DNA of 64,000 bases from Eledone cirrhosa (lineage: Eukaryota): NCBI GenBank assembly GCA_964016885.1, contig OZ024745.1, forward strand, positions 45,756,001 to 45,820,000, read 5' to 3'. Below, piece by piece: positions 13,968 to 30,831 of the stretch. Positions within the stretch are counted from its first letter, which is position 1. Every line of letters begins with the position of its first letter. Below the pieces are notes generated by a model, which was not told the DNA's origin, made no database searches, and saw only the letters and a list, made by a program, of their open reading frames with translations. Position numbers and translations under genes: made by a program.

Positions 13968-16617
13968 GTGAAAATAGATATACAATGTTAAATCTGTGTA
14001 GATTATGAAACTAAAATAAATGCATTTATATAATCGATATGAAATGTCTCGAAATTTGTAGAATCATCTGTAGCAGAAGAATTTTTATATTGCAAGTAAA
14101 TTAATTCAGAATCCAAGTAACTAAACATTATCTATTTCATGGTTTTATAGCTATATCCTTTTTGTTTTCAATAATGATTCACAAATTAATATTTTGTAAA
14201 TAATTCAAATTATTTAATGAATTTAAAACTATCTATGACGTGTACAATTTTTGTTATATTTTCAAAGTTCAAAACTTTAGTAGAAATGTGAATTTTAACC
14301 AATATTAAATATTGTTTTGCGTGTTTTCTCCCATGCCGAGTGTTTGGACATTTCATAGAAATTTAATAGCAATGACCTAAAGTAAAGTTTCTCATCTACT
14401 CTATCTGTAAACAATATTAGCTGGCGGAGTGACAATACAATTCTCAAAATCAGATTGTAAGTTATGACTAAAATGAAATAACGAATAGTATATGATATTT
14501 AACGTCATGTCTTTAAGGTGATAAAGTATAAATTCCAAATGATAGGACAAACTTTTACTATTACACATTTCTAACATGTTAATTAATCTGATTGACGTTT
14601 GGCTTTTCTACTCGCTATTGATGCAAGTTCATTTCTATCGGACCACTAATTTCCTTACGAAAGACAAAACCGCATTTGTCTTTAGTGTCAAGAGAGAAAG
14701 AGAGAGATGAACGATCGACAAGATGCCAGATCTCATTCGCTAACCGAGTGGGGTCGAACTCATCAAAGAGACACTGTTTCTATTGGTCATTCTCTTGCTG
14801 CAACTATATACCGGCCGCAAATCTTGACAGAAAGAGAAATGTGAAATAAAGTGTCTTGCTCAAGAACATAACACATCACACAGTCTGGCAATCGAACTCG
14901 TAACCTCACAATTGCAAATCCAATTCTCTAACCACAAAGCCATGTGCCTTCACTTTCAGTGTCTCGTGAACAAGATATTAGACAGTATTAGACAAAACTG
15001 GACTTTATATAAAAATATGATTCTTATTGAATTCGAGAGTGAAGGTACTTGAGGATTAGGAATGATATAATAATTGTTTCTAATATTTACTCAAGACCAG
15101 TAATTTGGAGGAAGTTGATTATATGGACCTAGTAGTTCACTGACACTTTATTATATCGATCTCTGAAGGATGAAACGCAAACGAAACATCGGTTAGATTA
15201 GAAGCCTGACTGTAGAAGTTCGTTTCGAAATACTGCAATTCATTTCATCGGACGTACTAATGATTCGGCCAATCAACTGCCATGAAATGGTGAAATAAGT
15301 TTTGAAAACTAAAAAAGGCCCTTCTCCACTCAACTGTAGTATAATTTTCCTTTTTAAGAACTTTGTTGCAAGGAGCATAACTCCTGAGTTGATAGGATGC
15401 CAGCCAACTTACCGGAATATTGACCGCTTCTTGTTCAGTTCTGTCACTAAGCTGGAAAACGATTACGTCCCTACCCCCAAAATACATAGCCTAGTGTATT
15501 GATAGAAATCATTATTATCATTCGGACTGTTGCATACTCGAAATTTGTGATTTATTTTCTCTTACTGTTATGTCCCACCCCTCACAATATATTCTGTTAA
15601 TTATATCCAAGCTTTGTAATATTTAAAATGTGAACTCATTCAAGTGACAATAATCGAAGATCTCAACTAACCAAGCAGAATTTTGCATTTATTTTCGGTT
15701 TTAATTGTATAACTTAAAATATAAAAAAAAGCAAAAGAAAGGCTTTGGTAATCCGATGAGCAAATACCTGTCAGGTTTCCTTTAGCATGAAGGTAGATAC
15801 ATTGAGACCTCCACCCAAATGAGATCACCCGCTGTTTGAATCATGATTTTTCGAAATATTTTTGTACTATTGCAAATTTGAATATGTTGTTCAAAATATG
15901 GAGACGTTTAACGTGTAGCTATTATATAATTTACTTAACTGTAATTTAATCACAATACTTTTTAGTTCTAAGGTGATGTATTCTTCACAGGTGAATTGAT
16001 TTCTGGCATTGCGTTGAAAGTAAAGAAATTATCCCGTGGACGGGTAAATTTAGTCATGGAATCACACAAAAGTTATTATATTTACGATTCATTTGTTTTG
16101 TGATGTCAAATATTTCGCTACACTCACTGTAACCTGTTCATTAAAACAATTCTACTAAATGTTCGGTGTAATTTCAGCAACTTGGTCACTGATGCAATTT
16201 CACTGGCTGTGGAAGAGTGTTAGTTAGTAAGATGAAGAATGCGACAAAAATGTTGACACCATGAATGAAACAAATATCCCATATAACAATGTTTACTGTA
16301 CTTTAACGTATTTTAAGTCACTAAAATAATTTCTAAGTGACGTAATTGCAATATTTCATTGCGTCGTATATAAGATATTATGTAAACATGTAACAATACA
16401 TTAAATATATAGCTGATTGTGTATGAATATATTTCAAATATTTAAGACAGCATTTGCATCTCTCGGCACTGTAATATTATGATTCACATAATTAATCGTT
16501 TTTAATAGAATACAATTCATAGCCACAGGAAAGGAATGCTCAGTGCTTGCAGCAAGAAGTCGACACTACGACCTTCAGATCAGAAAATTAAGTCAAGAAA
16601 AATAACTCTTCACTTAC

Positions 16618-16905
16618 CAGAAATTATCTTGTAACATGTACTTGGTTGAATAGATAATGGCTTTTGTACAAGACGTCCAAATATTAATCTATGATTGCAT
16701 GCTTCAACTCTGTAATCCATTGTATCAGGTCCGCCAAAACAATATTTCTCGTATGCGAAATTTGTTTTCTGTTGACAATATTTTACACCACTCGGAGGTT
16801 TTGAATTAGGTTCAATTATTAGAGTCACTGTAGTATGAGCCTTATGGTGCTTTAGTCCATGTCTTAATGTGGCGAAAACTGTCAGTCGCAAAGTGCACTC
16901 TACTC
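16618..16905 (-). CDS. RET: RET-like receptor, exon encoding the CLD1/CLD2 region (GVECTLRLTVF...YCQQKTNFAYEKYCFGGPDTMDYRVE...CYKIISG)
   Basis: Acceptor ctttccacag|GA, donor TCTG|gtaagt, 288 nt, phase 1/1, no stops. The C...CF....YR.E....F.......Y.I..G pattern resembles RET exon 3, and it splices in frame with the 30586 exon. Confidence 0.8.
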
Positions 16906-17419
16906 CTGTGGAAAGATTAAGCAAATTAACACTAATTAATATTAATTAAGTAGAAATGTAATAACAACAAAAACAAAAACAAAAGTGTGGATTTCTGAAA
17001 TAGGTATTTATAAAATGGATGTGTAATGTACTGAGCAAAGATATGGTTGAGCACTTTGTAATAACAGAATGATTTTGTAAGTCATTTCTAAGGTGTGTTT
17101 TTGTACGTTTAGTTGTTCAGAGTCTGGTATCTGTGTTTACACGAAGAGATTAAAATCACACTTCAGGAATTGATGATATGAAACCCTGAATTATTTTGAT
17201 TTTCTCGCTAGTCATTTAATTCCCATACATCCTTCACCAAGCTAATCGATGTTTTCGTTTCCGGCTATCTGAAGGTCCAAACATGCAAGTAAAATCAATG
17301 TTGAAATATATATTCCTATCTTCTACCAAACCAACATATATTTTCCTGACCATTGCGTTGTTAGTATTCTCAGGTATAACTTTAGAACTTAGAAATTAAC
17401 CGAACCTAAACTGCATTTG

Positions 17420-17675
<256 letters not shown>

Positions 17676-18632
17676 GAGATGATCTCCACCAAGGAGATGA
17701 TCTCCACCAAGTCCTTTCAAAAATGCCCAAGAAACACCGTATGTTACTACAGAGGCCTTATGACTCCGTCAGGACTTAACATTTAAACAGGGAAGAACTG
17801 CATTTGAAAGATTGAACATTTCTCAAGTTTATACTGATGTGGAGTCTCGCTTCTTTTCTCACGACGCATAGTATTTCTCAAGGGACACAAAAGGTGACCA
17901 GAATGCCTAATTTCGCAATAATAAGTCTTCTTTGAGTATGTTATTATTATACTGTTAGTTTGAACATGCTCTCCAGAAGAATATGAACGACCATGCAAGT
18001 TAACGATGCCCTTGCCACTTGTAGATTAGAGGAGGAAATGAAATGCATCTCTTGATAATTCTTATTTACTATTAGATAATATCAACCAAGAAGTATTCCA
18101 TATCATGTCATCGCCTAAAGACTATACTTTCCTAATTCATTGTCACTAGTATGTTCTCGTCTTTTGTTATTAAAAGAGATCACGCTTGGTTATCCATTTT
18201 AATTTAACCGAAAACTAATTAACAATCCTAATTATCAACAAAACGTTTCAGCGCAAATACAACAAATTTGCAACTGTGATTTACATACCCAATGGCTGAG
18301 TAGACAGAGGGAAACAAATGGTTATCATCTAGAGCAAACAAAAATCAATATTATCGTTAACATTAGACAAGATTGTCTTCGATAGTTAATCTAGTTCTTT
18401 AAATAGGTTGCAAGATTTTTGCCCCAACAGTATTTAAAAGGTATCGTATAAGCTAATGAATATGTTTTCAGCTAATAATTTGCAAAGAATATGTAAAGCT
18501 TTTATGTTTTGCCAAAGAATATATTCTTTAAAGCTAATAGCATTCTGTAGGAACAATCCGGAAACGCATTTGTGGAAGTGGTTCTGTAATTCCCAAAATA
18601 TCCTTTGGGCGTCTTCTTCTTTTTATTATTCT

Positions 18633-18845
18633 CATCATCACCACCATCACCATCATCATCATCATCATCATCCTCACCACCATCATCGTCATCATCATAA
18701 TCATCATCATCATCATCATAATCATCATTATCAACCTCACCACCATCATCGTCATCATCATAATCATCATCATCATCATCATAATCATCATTATCATCCT
18801 CAACGTCGTCGTCGTCGTCGTCGTCGTCGTCATAATCATCAGAAC
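18633..18845. repeat. (CAT)n/(CGT)n trinucleotide array
   Basis: Directly visible, with an internal ~60 bp duplication. Confidence 0.95.
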
Positions 18846-19333
18846 CAACACCAGCATTATGATCATAATTGTTAGTGTTATTCATGTTGAGTTGTGATGG
18901 TGTCCCTGAGACAGTAAGTATTCTTGTTGTTATTTCGATGTTTTTATTATTAGGCTTCCACTACGATTCAAATATTTCTCGAGGAACCTCGAAAATCCCC
19001 TGAGTTTTATCTGTAATCAGCGGAAATACACTCTGATGGGAGAAGTAGCATTAAAAACATGGTAAATCCCACTAAATACCAAACGGAGGAGCCAACAGTG
19101 CTACACAAGCATGAAAAAGAAAGGAAAATGTATATATATATATATATAAGTGTACACATGTGCATCAACACACACACACATTCATACATTCACATACACA
19201 CATATATACATTCACATTATACATACATACATTCACATTATACATACATATATATTTCACTGCTCAGAAATGCCTCTTTCTTTGAGCTGATTAATTGTAA
19301 ACGACTATGAGTTTAATCTCTAAATATAATATA

Positions 19334-19384
<51 letters not shown>

Positions 19385-19456
19385 ATTGTATGTTGGTATG
19401 AATACGTATGTGTACGTATATATTCATGTATGTATGCATTCACGAAGCATATAATG

Positions 19457-19496
<40 letters not shown>

Positions 19497-19675
19497 CATT
19501 ATATGCTTCGTGAATGCATACATACATGAATATATACGTACACATACGTATACATACCAACATGCAATCACACATATACACATATATACATACTTACATA
19601 CACATACATACATACACATACACATACATATATACATGCAAACACATCCATGCATACATATATATATATATATAT

Positions 19676-20277
19676 GGTGGCTGCCAACTCGTTTTCGAGT
19701 ACGGCCACTACTTTATAACCATGTAGGAGAACCCCTACCGATGCGCTGAACGAGTGTGACTTTTTAGTCCAGCCAGCGACTTGAAAACTCTGGTACAAAC
19801 ACTACACTTGTGACAATTATTGACACATAGTGCTGGGCCCATGGCACCATGTGACGACAAGTGCAGAGAGATCTCCAGATATAAAGCAATGCCTGTGCCG
19901 TGAAGCTTTTATAGTGAGCAAAGGCACTGCACAAAGCCAGTCCCACTCTCTTAACCAAGATGATATTTACCAAAAAGAACAAGTCAACATCATTGGATAC
20001 CATCAGGGTTGCAGGTGTTATATCAGAGTTTTCCTTCTCCTAGAATTCTGCCTTGACAAAGGCTAAGGGGTCATCTCTCACGGTGATTTTGGATGGCCAT
20101 TGACTCTTAAGAGCTCCTTTGCCCTTTGACAGGTTTTGTTTTTAGTCCTGCAGAATGTCCAAAGTCACCCTCCTCACCAAGAAACCTTTGTGGGGTTGCC
20201 AGTTTAGTCGTCAACGTCCCAACCATAAGACAGGTTGTACTGGCATACATGTTGCCAGTAGCACCAACTGGCGACCT

Positions 20278-20280
<3 letters not shown>
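19676..20280 (-). mobile_element. non-autonomous RTE-derived element (5' UTR joined to 3' end) flanked by (TA)n
   Basis: Contains an RTE-type UTR motif (ctaggagaaggaaaactctga) and a C-terminal C2H2-like remnant CHKCSVCTRVFKSLAGLKSHTRSAHR* at 19815-19735. Second copy at 28124-28574. Confidence 0.7.
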
Positions 20281-20340
<60 letters not shown>

Positions 20341-20401
20341 GTAAATAATATACTTTAGAGCTACAAAAATGCTAAATAGTAAACATTATTAAAGACATTC
20401 G

Positions 20402-20552
20402 CCATGCTTTCCAGCATAGTTACGTCCCTTTACGATCTGAGTTCAAATCCCTCCGAGGTTGACTTTGCCTTTCATCCTTACGGGGTCGATAAAATAAAGT
20501 ACCAGTAATGCACTGGGTAATTGCTGGCCTTGTGCCTAAAGTAGAAACAATT
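20402..20552 (+). mobile_element. SINE family A, 5'-truncated
   Basis: TSD ttattaaagacattcg on both sides. Confidence 0.9.
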
Positions 20553-21142
20553 ATTAAAGACATTCGAACATGTTTTCTTGGGAATTAATTATGCTTGAAA
20601 TGAAGATGTAAGTTTGAGCAAATTTCAGGCTTGGTGTTTATTAATTCTAAGAGAGGTAAACTTGTAAATCCAACCCACACCAAACCCTTCCACACTTGTT
20701 GTAGCTATGATTCAGCCAGCAGCCATTGCTGCTTCACTCTTCAACGTTCATTCCCTTTATGCTTCGTTATATTTTTTGAAAATCTTGTAGCTCTGGATTT
20801 ATCTGTTTTCTTTTGTTTAGTTTATATTTTTCTTCTCTTTCATCTCTCTCTCTCTCTCTCTCTCTCTGTCTCGATCTCTCTCCTTTTCTCTCTCTCTTTC
20901 TTTTCATCCCTCCATCACTTTCACTACGTTTCATTTAATTTATCCTTCACTTTAAACTAGTTTTGGTATTTCGAAATTTTTCATTCTGTGTTAATACATA
21001 AATACATACATACATACACCCCCCCCTCACAAACACACACAAACACACAAGCACACACACATACACACACACAAACACAAACACACACAGACACACACAA
21101 ACACACACAAACACACAGAGACACACACAAACACACACAGAC

Positions 21143-21199
<57 letters not shown>

Positions 21200-21207
21200 G
21201 TAATGTA

Positions 21208-21393
21208 ATAATTGTTTCTACTTTTGGCACAAGGCCAGCAATTACCCAGTGCATTACTGGTACTTTATTTTATCGACCCCGTAAGGATGAAAGGCAAAGT
21301 CAACATCGGCGGGATTTGAACTCAGATCGTAAAGGGACGTAACTATGCTGGAAAGCATGGCGTCCGACCCTCTACCGATACTGCCAATCCACC
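21208..21393 (-). mobile_element. SINE family A, full length
   Basis: TSD gtaatgtaataat at 21200 and 21394. Confidence 0.9.
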
Positions 21394-21602
21394 GTAATGT
21401 AATAATGTACTATTGATATGGATCACTTCAGCCACTTCCTGGAGAAGAATCAAAATATTTACAACTGTATCATCAGTTATATGAAAACCCAATCACAGAC
21501 AAGAAAGGAATAAAGAAACAAAGTATGAAATATTGCAACAATAAGATGTTACATACACGAAAGAGCTATATTAGAAGTTTCAAAAATGTACCCTAGATAA
21601 AG

Positions 21603-21683
<81 letters not shown>

Positions 21684-21765
21684 GTAAACAGAAATAACAA
21701 CACAATCGGTATAGTATATGGAAGGGATATATAATAGGTTAACGCTTGATATAGCAGGAAGAGGG

Positions 21766-21800
21766 TCTTAACGTTTCGGACGTTAGTCCTTCATCAGCAG
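21766..21800 (-). ncRNA. hammerhead core in a PLE-like fragment
   Basis: Minus strand: CTGATGA A GGAC taac GTCC GAAA CG TTA. Stem I is poorly paired, so it is probably degenerate. Confidence 0.6.
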
Positions 21801-21924
21801 AAAGAATGAGAAATAAGATAGATTGAGGGGACGGGCGGACAGAACTAAAACTGTTTCATTGGTAAGATATCATCTTACGGGTGAAAGAGTTTCTAGTCCT
21901 GTAGAAGTCATTTCTATAAAAATA

Positions 21925-22045
21925 ATAATTGTTTCTACTTTTGGCACAAGGCCAGCAAATACCCAGTGCATTGCTGGTACTTTATTTTATCGACCCCGTA
22001 AGGATGAAAGGCAAAGTCAACCTCGGCGGGACTTGAACTCAGATC
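21925..22045 (-). mobile_element. SINE family A, truncated
   Basis: Core match; TSD tataaaaataataat. Confidence 0.85.
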
Positions 22046-22103
22046 TAAATATATAAAAATAATAATAAAGATGCCTCTAATCTACTAACGTAATGGGAAT
22101 CCA

Positions 22104-22146
<43 letters not shown>

Positions 22147-22149
22147 TAC

Positions 22150-22650
22150 AAATATATACATATATATACATTAACATTTTGAATTTACCCGCCAAAAACC
22201 GGGGGTTGCTTCTCTTGTCGGGAGTAACACCTGAGAACGAAATGATTGAAGGCTGTCTATTGTGGCAGTCGCATTTAGTTAATGTTCACACCAGTTTGAG
22301 GCAAAAAGAACGGAATTCCTGTTGATGAAGTGAATCCCCTGTCCGATCATAGAATACGTGTTACGTAAGTTGGATGGATGATTTCGGATTCAGAGAAACA
22401 TATCGGACGTATTGCAGAATATCGTTCGACATGTCCAGGTCTGTTCTTTTACCTGATTTGTTTTTTCGTTGTTTTTAGTATTGTGTGGTTGGGTTTTGCC
22501 TACCGCAATTTTCAATTTGTCAAGCTTTTAAACGTAATGTTATTACTCTAAGGACCTACCCTTATTGAGTGCTTTGCTACTCATTCCTTATTGTAGGTCG
22601 GCTTTACTTGACCGCAGACAAAGCTTCGATTTTACTAAGCTTCCACTTGT
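22150..22650 (+). mobile_element. PLE-like 3' terminal fragment ending in (TA)n
   Basis: Tail carries attgagtgct. Possible degenerate hammerhead TTGATGA agTGAATCC...GGATTCAga GAAA CATATC. An inverted copy of the tail lies at 26320-26490. Confidence 0.55.
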
Positions 22651-22672
22651 ATATATATAAATATATATATAA

Positions 22673-22756
<84 letters not shown>

Positions 22757-22853
22757 AAGATAGCTCAGTACCTCTGAAATATGTATAATAAAATATACTT
22801 GATTACACGAATGTCTATTTTTGTTAATATTTTGAATTAATATATATATACAT

Positions 22854-22967
<114 letters not shown>

Positions 22968-22996
22968 TTATATATATATATATATATATATATCTT

Positions 22997-23035
<39 letters not shown>

Positions 23036-23048
23036 ATGTATATATATA

Positions 23049-26319
<3,271 letters not shown>

Positions 26320-26320
<1 letters not shown>

Positions 26321-26490
26321 CAAGTGGAAGCTTAGTAAAATCGAAGCTTTGGCTGCGGTCATGTAAAGCCGACCTACAATAAGGAATGAGTAGCAAAGCA
26401 CTTAGAGTAATACATTACGTTTAAAAGCTTGACAAATTGAAAATTGCGGTAGGCAAAACCCAACGATACAATACTAAAAACAACGAAAGA
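26320..26490 (-). mobile_element. inverted copy of the 22460-22650 tail
   Basis: caagtggaagcttagtaaaatcgaagcttt... is the reverse complement of the sequence ending at 22650, with a small deletion. Confidence 0.85.
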
Positions 26491-26689
26491 ACAAATTGGG
26501 GAGGGTCATATTGTTGTAATAATATTGCCAGAAATAATAACAGAACACACTCACTCTTTGGTTCGTTTTCTCTTCTGTATCTTTTATATCCATTTTATAT
26601 TCATTCGGTCCTCAATGTTTACCATTGACTGACCAACGGTCAAAAATACAGATATAATACAGATATACACACATATATATATATAGTCT

Positions 26690-26731
26690 AACAAAGTTCT
26701 TTCGCTGCACATCTGCAACATCGTCAGTGGT
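26690..26731 (-). ncRNA. hammerhead-like motif
   Basis: Minus strand: ACCA CTGACGA T GTTGCA gatg TGCAGC GAAA GAAC TT TGTT, with one stem I mismatch. Confidence 0.55.
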
Positions 26732-26973
26732 GCTATTATGTTCCTCCTGTTGTATTGTATTTCTACGCCATCTTTATTTATATATATATATATATACATT
26801 GTTCTGAAGAGGGCGACCAATTAAACACGGATTTAGAGACTGGAAATGGGTAGTAACTTAATCACTACCATGCTAGTTGATGCCCCCATCTCCACCAACC
26901 AATCGATTGTTAAACGATGAACTAACTATCTACCTACGCTTGTCTTCTGGTTTTTTTTTATTGTTCTACGCAC

Positions 26974-27066
<93 letters not shown>

Positions 27067-27196
27067 AAACAGCTTCTTCCATATTTTTTTACTAAGTAAA
27101 TTAGCCTAATTAGGCTAAAAATACGGCGGAAGTACTATTTCACTATGTAATTTCAAATTCTCCGCTCATTGCAAACACAAGTTTAAGCTTTAAATA

Positions 27197-27227
<31 letters not shown>

Positions 27228-27267
27228 GTGAGAGAGAGAGAGATACATAAATAGATAGATATAGATA

Positions 27268-27305
<38 letters not shown>

Positions 27306-27310
<5 letters not shown>

Positions 27311-27482
27311 AAGTAAGACCCGACGGCAGAGCTCAAGCGATTTAGTCCAGAAATAGCCTTCGAAACGGCTTGAGCTCTGCCGTCGGGGGTCTTACTTTTT
27401 CCTATTTCCCACTCTACTACCCTAAGTATTGAGTTCTCTGGTGCGTTATGGTCCATCTGTTTCCTTACCACAATTCCTTTGT

Positions 27483-27483
<1 letters not shown>
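27306..27483 (+). mobile_element. ~180 bp hairpin-plus-tail element in (TA)n (gaccccgacggc family)
   Basis: Homologous to 40584-40772, 61062-61287 and a stub at 25666-25690. Carries the 3' half of a hammerhead: GAAA CGG...CCG TC. Confidence 0.8.
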
Positions 27484-27521
<38 letters not shown>

Positions 27522-28123
27522 CTTTCCCGCTCATCGTTGCTAACGTCAACCATGGAAGCAAGCACCATCATCGTAATCAGCAGAACATCACAAAGGAAAA
27601 ACAAAGAAAATGTCACAAAGACGTCCAAAAGTGACAATAGAGTATGAGACTGAGCTGGAGCAACCTTCCACCTCCAATGAGAAGTTGAAATATTGAAATG
27701 TTATTGGAGGTCTGGAATGGGGGTGATGGGGGTGGGTTGAGGTGGTGTGGGTGAACTGGAATTTAAACAGTTTGCACCTTTTTGTCTGTGTATGTGTGTA
27801 GGTAGGTATATATGTAGGTGTGTATGTAGGTATGTATGTAGTTATGTGTATGTATGTATGTAGGTATGTGTGTATGTATGTATATATATGTAGGTATGTA
27901 TGTGTGTATGTAGGTATGTAGGTATGTATGTATGTATGTGTGTATGTAGGTATGTATGTGTGTATGTATGTATATATGTAGGTATGTATGTGTGTATGTA
28001 TGTATATATATAGGTATGTATGTGTGTATGTATGTATATATGTAGGTATGTATGTGTGTATGTAGGTATGTAGGTATATATGTATATATGTAGGTATGTA
28101 TGTATATATGTAGGTATGTATGT

Positions 28124-28574
28124 GCAACGCCACCAAGGTTTCTTGGTGAGGAGGGTGACTTTGGACATATTGCAGGACTAAAATCAAAACCTGTCAAAGG
28201 GCAAAGGAGCTCTTAAGAGTCAATGGGCATCCAAAATCACCGGGAGAGATGACCCCTTAGCCTTTGTCAAGGCAGAATTCTGGGAGAAGGAAAACTCTGA
28301 TATAGCACCTGCAACCCTGATGGTATCAAATGATGTTGACGTGTTCTTCTTTTTGGTAAATATCATCTTGGTTAAGAGAGTGGGACTGGCTTTGTGCAGT
28401 GCCTTTGCTCACTATAAAAGCTTCACAGCAGAGGCATTGCTTTATATCTGGAGATCTCTCTGCACTTGTCATCACAGGGTACAATGGGCCCAACACTCGT
28501 TCAGCGCATCAGTAGGGGTTCTCCTACATGGATATAAAGTAGTGGCCGTACTCGAAAACGAGTTGGCAGCCACC
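28124..28574 (+). mobile_element. second, 5'-truncated and internally deleted copy of the RTE-derived element
   Basis: Highly similar to the reverse complement of 19676-20197, but lacks ~75 bp of the zinc-finger segment between cact microhomologies. Confidence 0.85.
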
Positions 28575-28608
<34 letters not shown>

Positions 28609-29484
28609 ATGTATATATATATATGCATCTATGTATATATTTATATATATATATATATATGATATATATATATACACACACACCTGCATATGTATGTGTG
28701 TATTGTAATTCTGATTTTTTCGTTCATTTCCTCATCACTTTTAACCCTCCCTACATATCTTATTGCTGTGTCCTTTCCGCCAACACACAATTATATTTTT
28801 TCTTTTTTTCTTCTTCTTGTTCTTCTTCAATCGAAGACTTGATAAGATTCCTCAAATTTCCTATTTCTGTTTGTTAGCTCCTTTTTATTTACCTCTATGC
28901 CATGTTCTCAAATTTACTGATTATATTCATTCATTCATCGATATCTCCTTTCCATATTGTTTACAAAGAGAATATCATTTTATGAAATCAGGAAAGGTTT
29001 TGTAGAAAATAAAAGTTCCGTTCACTATCAATGGGACCCTCGTTTCATTTTACGTCATGCTACGAGAGAACATGTTCAGGACATGATCAGTCCAGTTTGT
29101 TGTCCAGATTCTTTTTAACGTTTTGTTCATTAAGAAAACGTAAGTAGTGTAACTGTAACAAAGACAAACACACACACAATGGACCTCCTTCAGATTCGAC
29201 GATGAATGTTTCAATGGTTCGATCAATGGATGGGCTTGCTAATGAATTTAAAGTATAGGTGCTTCATCATTCTGCAGATAGGTGTACGCTTAACGTAATT
29301 TTCAGGGTCTCGCAGCAACACACAAGCACACACACACACATACATTGTTTTTACCTCTAACTCGTTTGTGTCACCTTTCTTGATTTGCTCACTCATTATT
29401 ATCTTTTTTTTTTTACTTTACTTGGACTACCTTGTACTTCCTGCATCTATCACTTGTAACCCTGTCTCTATTTTTTGTACTCCT

Positions 29485-29679
29485 GAATGTGTATGTATGT
29501 ATGTATGTATATGTATGTATGTATGTATATGTATGTATGTATGTGTATGTATGTATGTGTATGTATGTATGTATATGTATGTATATGTATGTATGTATGT
29601 GTGTGTATGTATGTATGTGTATGTATGTATGTATATGTATGTATATGTATGTATGTATATGTATGTATGTATGTATATG

Positions 29680-29711
<32 letters not shown>

Positions 29712-30265
29712 TGTATGTATATGTGTATGTATGTATGTTTATGTATGTATGTATGTATGTGTATATGGAGATGTGGATGAAGATAGAGAGAGGAAAATGA
29801 AAAAGAGGAGGCGGAGGGTGAAGATTAGGGGGAGAGGAAAGAAGGAGGATGGGGAGGGGGAAGAGGGGGAAGGGGAGGAATAGGAAGGGGAAGAGGAGGA
29901 AGAGTAAGAGGATGGTGGGGAGGAAGAGAAAGAGAATGAAAGAGAACAGGGGTAGGATGAAGTGTAAGAGGAGGGGGTTCTGGAGAAGGAGGAATACGGG
30001 GGTAGAAAAGAGGACCTGGAGGAAGAGGAAGAGGTGGGGGATAGGGGCATAATAGGGGGGGGGGAGAAGAAGAAAGATCTTGATGATGATGAAGAGGAGG
30101 GGGATACGAAGGGGTGGGGAGATGGGGGAGCAAGATGAGCAGGAGAAAGACAAGGATCTGGAGGATGACGAAGAGGTGGAGGGTATGGGGGAGAGGAGGA
30201 GGAGTAAAAGGAGGAAGATCTTGATGATGATGATGAGGAGGAGGAGGAGGAGGAGGAGAGAAAGA
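29485..30265. repeat. (TATG)n microsatellite followed by G/A-rich low-complexity DNA
   Basis: Directly visible. Confidence 0.9.
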
Positions 30266-30279
30266 TAGATGTCTATTAA

Positions 30280-30425
30280 TTAATTGTTTCTACTTTTGGC
30301 ACAAGGCCAGCAATTATCCCAGTGTATTACTGGTACTTTATTTTATCGACTCCGTAAGGATGAAAGGCAAAGTTAACCTCGACGGGATTTGAACTCAGTC
30401 CGTAAAGGGACGTAACTATGCTGGA
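30280..30425 (-). mobile_element. SINE family A, truncated; older copies at 30895-31035, 31215-31400, 32160-32340 and 37840-37990
   Basis: Core and B-box match. Confidence 0.8.
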
Positions 30426-30585
30426 ATGTCATAAATAAATCTCTACGGAATTTATGAAAGAATGAAAAAAAAGAAAGTAACGTAGAAATGAAAGAGAATA
30501 AATATATTAAAGAGAGGTCGATGGTAAGTGATACAGCGTGAAGATATACTGAGAGAAAGAGACAAGGATTGAACAGGATAGAAAC

Positions 30586-30831
30586 CTTGGTTAAAGAAGC
30601 TGCAGCTTCGCTTCAATGACAACCATTCTGAGTCTGTAATCCGAAAACATGATTTATAATCTGTATTGGTGTTGTTGTCTACAGCTCGCATGACACGGTA
30701 ATTGATGTGCCCTTCTCTAGCATCAGTGGAATGTCTCAAGGCATAGAATTTTAGAAGCGGTGAACCATCAGAAATCCACGGTTGTGTGTGAACTCGATAG
30801 GTTGCCTGCGGGAAATACAAGCAAAAACATC
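30586..30831 (-). CDS. RET: RET-like receptor, exon encoding cadherin-like domain 1 (GCFCLYFPQATYRVHTQPWISDGSPLLKFYALRHSTD...FFNQ)
   Basis: Acceptor tttatttcag|GA, 246 nt open frame, phase 1/1. The donor CAAG|gtttct is weak, so this end is less certain. LYFP..Y.......GSPLL...ALR matches vertebrate RET CLD1 (human LYFSRDAY..LYVDQAAGTPLLYVHALR, from memory). Confidence 0.8.

Noticed and set aside
17783-17998. 71-aa minus-strand ORF as an extra RET exon
   Set aside because: No convincing acceptor/donor pair and no cadherin motif; the 30586 and 16905 exons already join in frame.
18456-18885. Poly-His / poly-Asp / poly-Met ORFs
   Set aside because: A (CAT)n trinucleotide array; no splice signals or domain evidence.
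26800-26860. CTGAAGA-containing segment as a hammerhead
   Set aside because: Could not build stem II and stem I pairings.
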